DNA from: Roseiarcus sp.
Lineage (GTDB): Bacteria; Pseudomonadota; Alphaproteobacteria; Rhizobiales; Beijerinckiaceae
DNA length: 45,264 nt
Direction: 5' to 3'
Assembly (NCBI GenBank): GCA_030153205.1
Contig: JASLHV010000107.1
Span: 1-45,264, forward strand
The notes beneath the pieces are model-generated. The model saw nothing but the letters and a program-made list of their open reading frames with translations, was not told the DNA's origin and did no database searches. Positions 40,187 through 45,264 of the stretch are shown piece by piece. Position 1 is the first letter of the stretch. The number at the start of each line of letters is the position of its first letter. The position numbers and the translations under genes were made by a program.

Positions 40187-40938
40187 GCGCGCCGGCGCTC
40201 GAGACGCGCGGCCTGACTCGCCGATTCGGCGGCCTTATCGCTTCCGACGACGTCTCTTTGAAGCTCGAACAAGGCGCGCGGCACGCGCTGATCGGCCCCA
40301 ATGGCGCCGGCAAGACGACGCTGGTGAATCTCCTGACGGGGACCTTGAAGGCCAGCGCCGGCGCCGTGCTGCTCGAAGACGCTGACGTGACCGGCCTGTC
40401 GCAACATGCCCGGGTGAGGCGCGGCCTCGTCCGCACCTTCCAGATCAATCAGCTCTTCGGCAATCTGACGCCCGCTGAATCGCTCTGCCTCGCCGTCAGC
40501 GAAAGGCTCGGTCATGGTCGGCGCTGCTTTATTTCCGCTGGGCGTGATACGGCGGTCGTCGCCGAAGTCGACGAGCTCATCGCGCGTTTCGGCCTCGGCG
40601 ATGTGATGGATCGAAAAACACGTACCCTTGCTTATGGCAAGCAACGACTCCTGGAGATCGCCTTGGCGCTCGCCTGCCGTCCGCGCGTCCTGCTGCTCGA
40701 CGAACCGGCCGCAGGCGTGCCCGATGACGAGCGCGCCGATATTCTTGCGGCGCTCGCCGCCTTGCCGGCCGAAGTCACGATCATGCTGATCGAGCACGAC
40801 ATGGATCTCGTCTTCTCCTTCGCGCGGCGTATCTCGGTTCTCGTTGCGGGACGCCTGTTGATGGAAGGCGAGCCGCGCGAAGTCGCCGCCGATCCGCGCG
40901 TCAGGCAAGTCTATCTCGGCGAGGCCCAGCATGGCTGA
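40183..40938 (+). CDS. LivG-like ABC ATP-binding protein
   Basis: GPNGAGKTT, LLLDEPAAG, IEHDM, VYLG. Confidence 0.93.
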   Translation: MSAPALETRGLTRRFGGLIASDDVSLKLEQGARHALIGPNGAGKTTLVNLLTGTLKASAGAVLLEDADVTGLSQHARVRRGLVRTFQINQLFGNLTPAESLCLAVSERLGHGRRCFISAGRDTAVVAEVDELIARFGLGDVMDRKTRTLAYGKQRLLEIALALACRPRVLLLDEPAAGVPDDERADILAALAALPAEVTIMLIEHDMDLVFSFARRISVLVAGRLLMEGEPREVAADPRVRQVYLGEAQHG

Positions 40939-41638
40939 CTTGCTGAAGGTACAAGGCCTCGCCGCCGGATATGGCGAAGCGCGCGTCATTTCCGGCCTTG
41001 ATCTTGCCGTCAGCGAGGGCCGTTCACTTGCGCTGCTCGGCCGCAATGGCGCGGGGAAGACGACGCTGCTCAATTCGCTGATCGGCGCGACCACGCGTCA
41101 CGCGGGACGTATCTTCTTCGCCGGCGCCGATATCACGGCACTCAAATCCTATGAGCGCGCTCGCGCCGGGCTTGGCTGGGTTCCGCAGGAACGCAATATT
41201 TTTCGCTCGCTCAGCGTCGAGGAAAATCTCACCGCCGTCGCCTTGCCGGGCGCGTGGACGCTCAAGCGAGTTTATTCGATCTTTCCGCGCCTAAGGGAGC
41301 GCCGAAGAAACGGCGGCGGGCAATTGTCCGGAGGCGAGCAACAAATGCTAGCCATCGGCCGCGCGCTGATGCTCAACCCGCGCTTGCTGCTTCTCGACGA
41401 ACCAACCGAAGGCCTCGCGCCGATCATTGTCGATGAATTGCTCGGGGTTCTGGCGCGTCTCGCCAAGGACGAGGGACTCTCGATGATCGTCGTCGAGCAA
41501 AAGGCGCATAAAATTCTGCCCTTCACCGACGAGGCTCTGATTCTCAATCGTGGCGCAGTGGTCTATGCGGCGCAAAGCGCTGCGCTTCTCGCCGACCAAG
41601 CCGCCATCGACCGACATCTGACCGCCAGCAAGGCTTAG
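40931..41638 (+). CDS. LivF-like ABC ATP-binding protein
   Basis: GRNGAGKTT, LSGGEQQM, LDEPTEGLAP. Confidence 0.93.
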   Translation: MADLLKVQGLAAGYGEARVISGLDLAVSEGRSLALLGRNGAGKTTLLNSLIGATTRHAGRIFFAGADITALKSYERARAGLGWVPQERNIFRSLSVEENLTAVALPGAWTLKRVYSIFPRLRERRRNGGGQLSGGEQQMLAIGRALMLNPRLLLLDEPTEGLAPIIVDELLGVLARLAKDEGLSMIVVEQKAHKILPFTDEALILNRGAVVYAAQSAALLADQAAIDRHLTASKA

Positions 41639-41693
41639 CTTTCCCCCATTCCGCTCGACGACCAACCGCGCCGCACTCGCGACCGCCAGCGCT

Positions 41694-41725
41694 TGACTTC
41701 TGCAGAATACTCTGTATTACAGAGT
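41694..41725 (+). promoter_or_regulatory. Promoter with palindromic operator
   Basis: TTGACT (41694-41699) then perfect ACTCTGTA-T-TACAGAGT (41709-41725) overlapping the -10 region. Confidence 0.72.
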
Positions 41726-41744
41726 TATCTGAGTGGAGGCGCAT

Positions 41745-42722
41745 ATGTCGATCCTGTCTAAGCTTTTCTTGGGCGCTGGCGTCCTTTTCGCTCCCGTCGG
41801 CGTGGCCTCCGTGGCGCTTGTCGCCGCCATCGCCCAGCCAGTTCACGCGCCGCCGCCGCTCGCATCGGTTCATCAGGGCGCGACCTCGATCGACCAAAGC
41901 GGCATGCCTGAACTCAGCCGGTTTCAAGCGCGCGACCGCACTTGGCTCGCCTATCGCCTTTATCCCGCCAAGGGCGCGAGCGATCGACTCGCGATACTGG
42001 CGCACGGCTCGTCGGGCTCCTCGGAGGAGATGAACGCGCTCGCTCATGCCTTGACGGAGGTGGGCGTCACGGCCGTTTCGATGGACGTGCGCGGGCATGG
42101 GGCGTCAGGCACGCGCGGCGATATCGGCTATATCGGCCAGCTCGACGACGATCTCGCCGATCTCGTCGCGGAGCTGCGCAAATCCTACCCGCAAGCCAGG
42201 CTGACCTTGATCGGCCATTCCGCCGGCGGCGGCTATGCTTTGCGCATCGCCGCCGGGCCGGTCGGGGCGCTCTTCGACCATGTCGTGTTGCTCGCGCCGT
42301 ACCTTGGCTATACGGCGCCGACCAACCGTCCGTCGGAAGGGTCCGGCCGTTGGGCCGAACCCGACTTGCCGCGCATTGTCGCCATTTCGGCCTTGGAGCA
42401 TATCGGGGTGGACTGGCCGCAGACCTTGCCGGTCATCGCCTTCGCCAACGTACCCAACGCCCGCAGCGTCACGCCGCGCTATTCCTTCCGCTTGCTCGCC
42501 AATTATGGCCCGCCGCGAGACTGGAAGAGCGCGATAGAGGCGACGAAGGACCGTGTCGAGATCATCTCCGGCGCCAAGGACGAATTAATGGACGCCGAAG
42601 GTTATAAAAACGCCATCGCCCCGCTCGGCATGCGCGTCACGATCCTACCCGACGTCGATCATATCGGCGTCGTCTACCAGCCTACTGCGCTCAAGGCGAT
42701 CATCGCAACCTTCAACGAATAA
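41745..42722 (+). CDS. Alpha/beta hydrolase, membrane-anchored or exported (copy 1)
   Basis: HGSS, DVRGHGAS, GHSAGG nucleophile, D and H triad candidates; RBS GGAGG. Confidence 0.88.
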   Translation: MSILSKLFLGAGVLFAPVGVASVALVAAIAQPVHAPPPLASVHQGATSIDQSGMPELSRFQARDRTWLAYRLYPAKGASDRLAILAHGSSGSSEEMNALAHALTEVGVTAVSMDVRGHGASGTRGDIGYIGQLDDDLADLVAELRKSYPQARLTLIGHSAGGGYALRIAAGPVGALFDHVVLLAPYLGYTAPTNRPSEGSGRWAEPDLPRIVAISALEHIGVDWPQTLPVIAFANVPNARSVTPRYSFRLLANYGPPRDWKSAIEATKDRVEIISGAKDELMDAEGYKNAIAPLGMRVTILPDVDHIGVVYQPTALKAIIATFNE

Positions 42723-42769
42723 GTCTTCCGTCACGAAGGGCTTTCACGAGCAATTTTCAGGAGACCGCC

Positions 42770-43765
42770 ATGTTCATCCCGATTGTCGAGCATTCGCTTA
42801 TTTGGCTCCTCTCCATTGTCGGCGTCGCGACGATTTTCCTCTCGCTTATGCTCGCGACGCCTCTCCGCCCCCTTCAGCCTCTTGCCTTGATTCACGAAGG
42901 CGCGCGGTCGATTGATCAAGCTGGACTGCCCAACTACAGCCGGTTTCAGGCGCGTGACGGAACCTGGCTTGCTTTTCGCCTTTACGCCGCCAAGGACGGC
43001 GGCGGCGGCCAGATCGCCATTCTCGCTCATGGCTCTTCCGCAATGTCGGACGCCATGAACGCAGTCGCCCGCGCCTTGGCTGACGCCGGCGTTGCGGCCG
43101 TTGCGATCGACGTACGCGGGCATGGCGCCTCAGGATCGCGCGGCGATGTCGGCTATATCGGCCAACTCGATGACGATCTCGCCGATCTCGTCTCCGATTT
43201 GCGAAACGCCTATCCTCGAGCGAAGCTGACATTGATCGGCCATTCGTCGGGCGGCGGTTACGCCTTGCGCATCGCGACAAAGCCGGTCGGGGCGCTCTTC
43301 GATCGCTTTGTCCTGCTCGCGCCCTATCTCGGCTTTCGCGCGCCGACCAATCTGCCGACGGGCGAAACGGGACGTTGGGCTGCGCCCGACATACCGCGTA
43401 TCATTGCGATCAAGGCGCTGGGCGTCGACTGGTTGCAAGCCATGCCCGTCATCACTTTCGCCAATTCACCTGAGGCGGGCAAAGCGGTCACTAGCCGCTA
43501 TTCTTTCCGTCTGCTCGAAAATTATGGGCCGCCTGACGATTGGAAACGCGCCATCCAAGCAGCGGCGGGCCGGGCTGAAATCATCGCCGGCGCGAGGGAC
43601 GAATTGATGGACGCCAAAGCATACCAAAACGCCATCGCGCCGCTCGGCATGCACGTGACGATCCTTCCCGACGTCGATCATATGGGGATTGTCTATCAGT
43701 CTGCGGCGCTCGCGGCGATCGTCGCGGCGACGAAGTCGACGCCGTCTGAATCAGTCGGTATGTAA
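42770..43765 (+). CDS. Alpha/beta hydrolase (copy 2, tandem paralog)
   Basis: GHSSGG; long blocks nearly identical to copy 1. Confidence 0.88.
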   Translation: MFIPIVEHSLIWLLSIVGVATIFLSLMLATPLRPLQPLALIHEGARSIDQAGLPNYSRFQARDGTWLAFRLYAAKDGGGGQIAILAHGSSAMSDAMNAVARALADAGVAAVAIDVRGHGASGSRGDVGYIGQLDDDLADLVSDLRNAYPRAKLTLIGHSSGGGYALRIATKPVGALFDRFVLLAPYLGFRAPTNLPTGETGRWAAPDIPRIIAIKALGVDWLQAMPVITFANSPEAGKAVTSRYSFRLLENYGPPDDWKRAIQAAAGRAEIIAGARDELMDAKAYQNAIAPLGMHVTILPDVDHMGIVYQSAALAAIVAATKSTPSESVGM

Positions 43766-43775
43766 GGCGCGCGCC

Positions 43776-44441
43776 ATGGCCAACATTGCGTCCTTCCTCC
43801 GTTTCGTTCTTTCAGAATTCGGTCCTTTGATCGTCTTCTGGATCCTGACAGCGACACTTGGCGTCAAAGCCGCAATCGCCGGCTCCCTCGTCGCGATCAT
43901 TCTCGACGCGGGCTGGCGGCGTTGGCGAAACGTCCCGTTCACGCGGCTGTATCTCCTGACGAGCGGCCTCACGCTCGTCTTCGGCGCGATTGATTTGATG
44001 TCGACACAGCCCTTCATGCTCCAGTACGAATCTGTGATCACCAATATCGCGACGGCAGGCGCCTTCGTCGTCGGGGCTTTAGGCGATAAGCCGTTGATCC
44101 AGGAGGCCGCCGAACAGCGGAAGGGCGAGACCTTTCCGGGTGGCGCGGAAATCAGACGCTTCTTCCAGCTCTTCACGTTGTTCTGGGCGGCTTATTTCTT
44201 CGTCAAGGCGGGATTCTATCTTTGGACGGCGATGACGATGTCTTTGACCGCAGCCATGACGTTGCGCTCTCTGGTCGGAGGCGCGAGTCTCGGTTTGATG
44301 ATTCTTTTCAGCACGACGCAAGGCCGACGCATGTTTTTTCTCTGCCGCAGGCTGGGGCTCCTTCCGCCGCCTGAGACCGCCTCGTCACCCGCGACCGAGG
44401 CGCCGATAGGGCGCCTCTCCGCGCAAGGAGAAGCGCAATGA
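43776..44441 (+). CDS. Membrane protein, intracellular septation protein A (YciB/IspA)-like
   Basis: EFGPLIVF, LTLVFGAIDL...FMLQYESVITN, KPLIQ; several TM segments. Confidence 0.6.
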   Translation: MANIASFLRFVLSEFGPLIVFWILTATLGVKAAIAGSLVAIILDAGWRRWRNVPFTRLYLLTSGLTLVFGAIDLMSTQPFMLQYESVITNIATAGAFVVGALGDKPLIQEAAEQRKGETFPGGAEIRRFFQLFTLFWAAYFFVKAGFYLWTAMTMSLTAAMTLRSLVGGASLGLMILFSTTQGRRMFFLCRRLGLLPPPETASSPATEAPIGRLSAQGEAQ

Positions 44442-44986
44442 CGATCAGCGCCGACGAAGCCACCGCCACGCTCGCCGACATCGACGGCGTGGTGGCGAGG
44501 GTCAAGCAATCGACGATCTATCGTTCGACAAGCTTGACGTTCTTTCTCTGGGGCGTCGTCATTATCATCGGCAATTGCCTCGCAATGATCTGGCCACGCT
44601 GGGCGGGCTGGACTTGGCTCGCGATAAATATTTGCGCCGCGATCGCCACGGCTGCAATCATAAGGCGAGGTAGCGATGCAACTATGCAATGGCCTTTGCG
44701 GTTCATTGCCGCTTTCGTTCTCTTCTTCATCTTCGGCTGGATATGGTGCAACGAGATTGGACACTTTGGGCCGCGCCAGATGGACGCCTTCTGGCCGACG
44801 CTTTTCATGCTTGGCTATACGCTCGCTGGCCTGTGGTTCGGCCTTGCTTTTACCGCTCTCGGCCTCGTCCTCACGGCTTTGATCCTTGCTGGCTACTTCT
44901 GGTCGGGCGAATGGTTCTCGCTGTGGCTTGCGATCTTTAATGGCGGCGGCCTCATCCTCTGCGGCGTATTGATGCGGCGAGCGTGA
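44438..44986 (+). CDS. Hypothetical multi-pass membrane protein
   Basis: About six hydrophobic segments; ATGA overlap with the upstream gene. Confidence 0.75.
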   Translation: MTISADEATATLADIDGVVARVKQSTIYRSTSLTFFLWGVVIIIGNCLAMIWPRWAGWTWLAINICAAIATAAIIRRGSDATMQWPLRFIAAFVLFFIFGWIWCNEIGHFGPRQMDAFWPTLFMLGYTLAGLWFGLAFTALGLVLTALILAGYFWSGEWFSLWLAIFNGGGLILCGVLMRRA

Positions 44987-44998
44987 GGACCTGAAGCG

Positions 44999-45264
44999 AT
45001 GAACGCCGAATTTCCGCCCAACGCGCCGAACGAGACCATCCATCAGCCGGTCCGATTGCGCATTATGGCCGCGCTGACCGCGCCTGACGCCGATGAAGAA
45101 GGTCTCGATTTCACCCGGCTCAAGAATCTGACCGGCGCGACCGACGGCAATCTCGGGGCCCATATCGATACGCTGACCCGCGCCGGCTATGTCGAAGTGA
45201 CCAAGGCATTCGTCGGGCGTCGACCGCGGACGACGGTACGTGCGAGCGCGAGAGGGAGAGCCGC
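44999..45264 (+). CDS. Winged-helix transcriptional regulator (HTH_34 type), truncated by the window end
   Basis: Translated by hand: MNAEFPPNAPNETIHQPVRLRIMAAL...LDFTRLKNLTGATDGNLGAHIDTLTRAGYVEVTKAFVGRRPRT. Confidence 0.85.
   Translation, partial: MNAEFPPNAPNETIHQPVRLRIMAALTAPDADEEGLDFTRLKNLTGATDGNLGAHIDTLTRAGYVEVTKAFVGRRPRTTVRASARGRA

Noticed and set aside
37716..41094. Long antisense ORFs (37716-38819, 39991-41094)
   Set aside because: Shadow frames of well-supported ABC transporter genes in GC-rich DNA; no recognisable motifs

Overview
GC-rich alphaproteobacterial chromosome segment. The two-piece tmRNA, SspB-alpha and gene content point to Hyphomicrobiales, possibly Beijerinckiaceae-like (inference). 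Most of the window is housekeeping or metabolic: pilus-assembly accessory gene, AsmA, sspB with permuted ssrA, CoA-transferase, glcDEF, pncB, LysR/DUF1127, mntR-mntH, aspartate aminotransferase, vapBC, glutamate synthase-like gene, 6S RNA-ygfA-ymdB-yebC, dapE, truA, TetR, zapE, trypsin-like protease, Ntn acylase, a LIV-type ABC transporter and a duplicated alpha/beta-hydrolase operon with a wHTH regulator. The most unusual part is about 25.5-29.2 kb. It holds an intact-looking orphan lambdoid-type switch (CI/LexA-like repressor, twin palindromic operators, divergent small gene and DUF6456/GafZ-like gene) with no phage structural genes. Next to it are two duplicated cassettes encoding secreted Trp/His/Cys-rich micro-proteins. 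Other signals are a shared TGAA-N7-TGAA upstream motif on four exported-protein genes, an unannotated 45-aa secreted peptide, and an ATPase wHTH remnant in frame behind the ymdB stop codon. All family calls come from motif recognition by eye; no searches were run.
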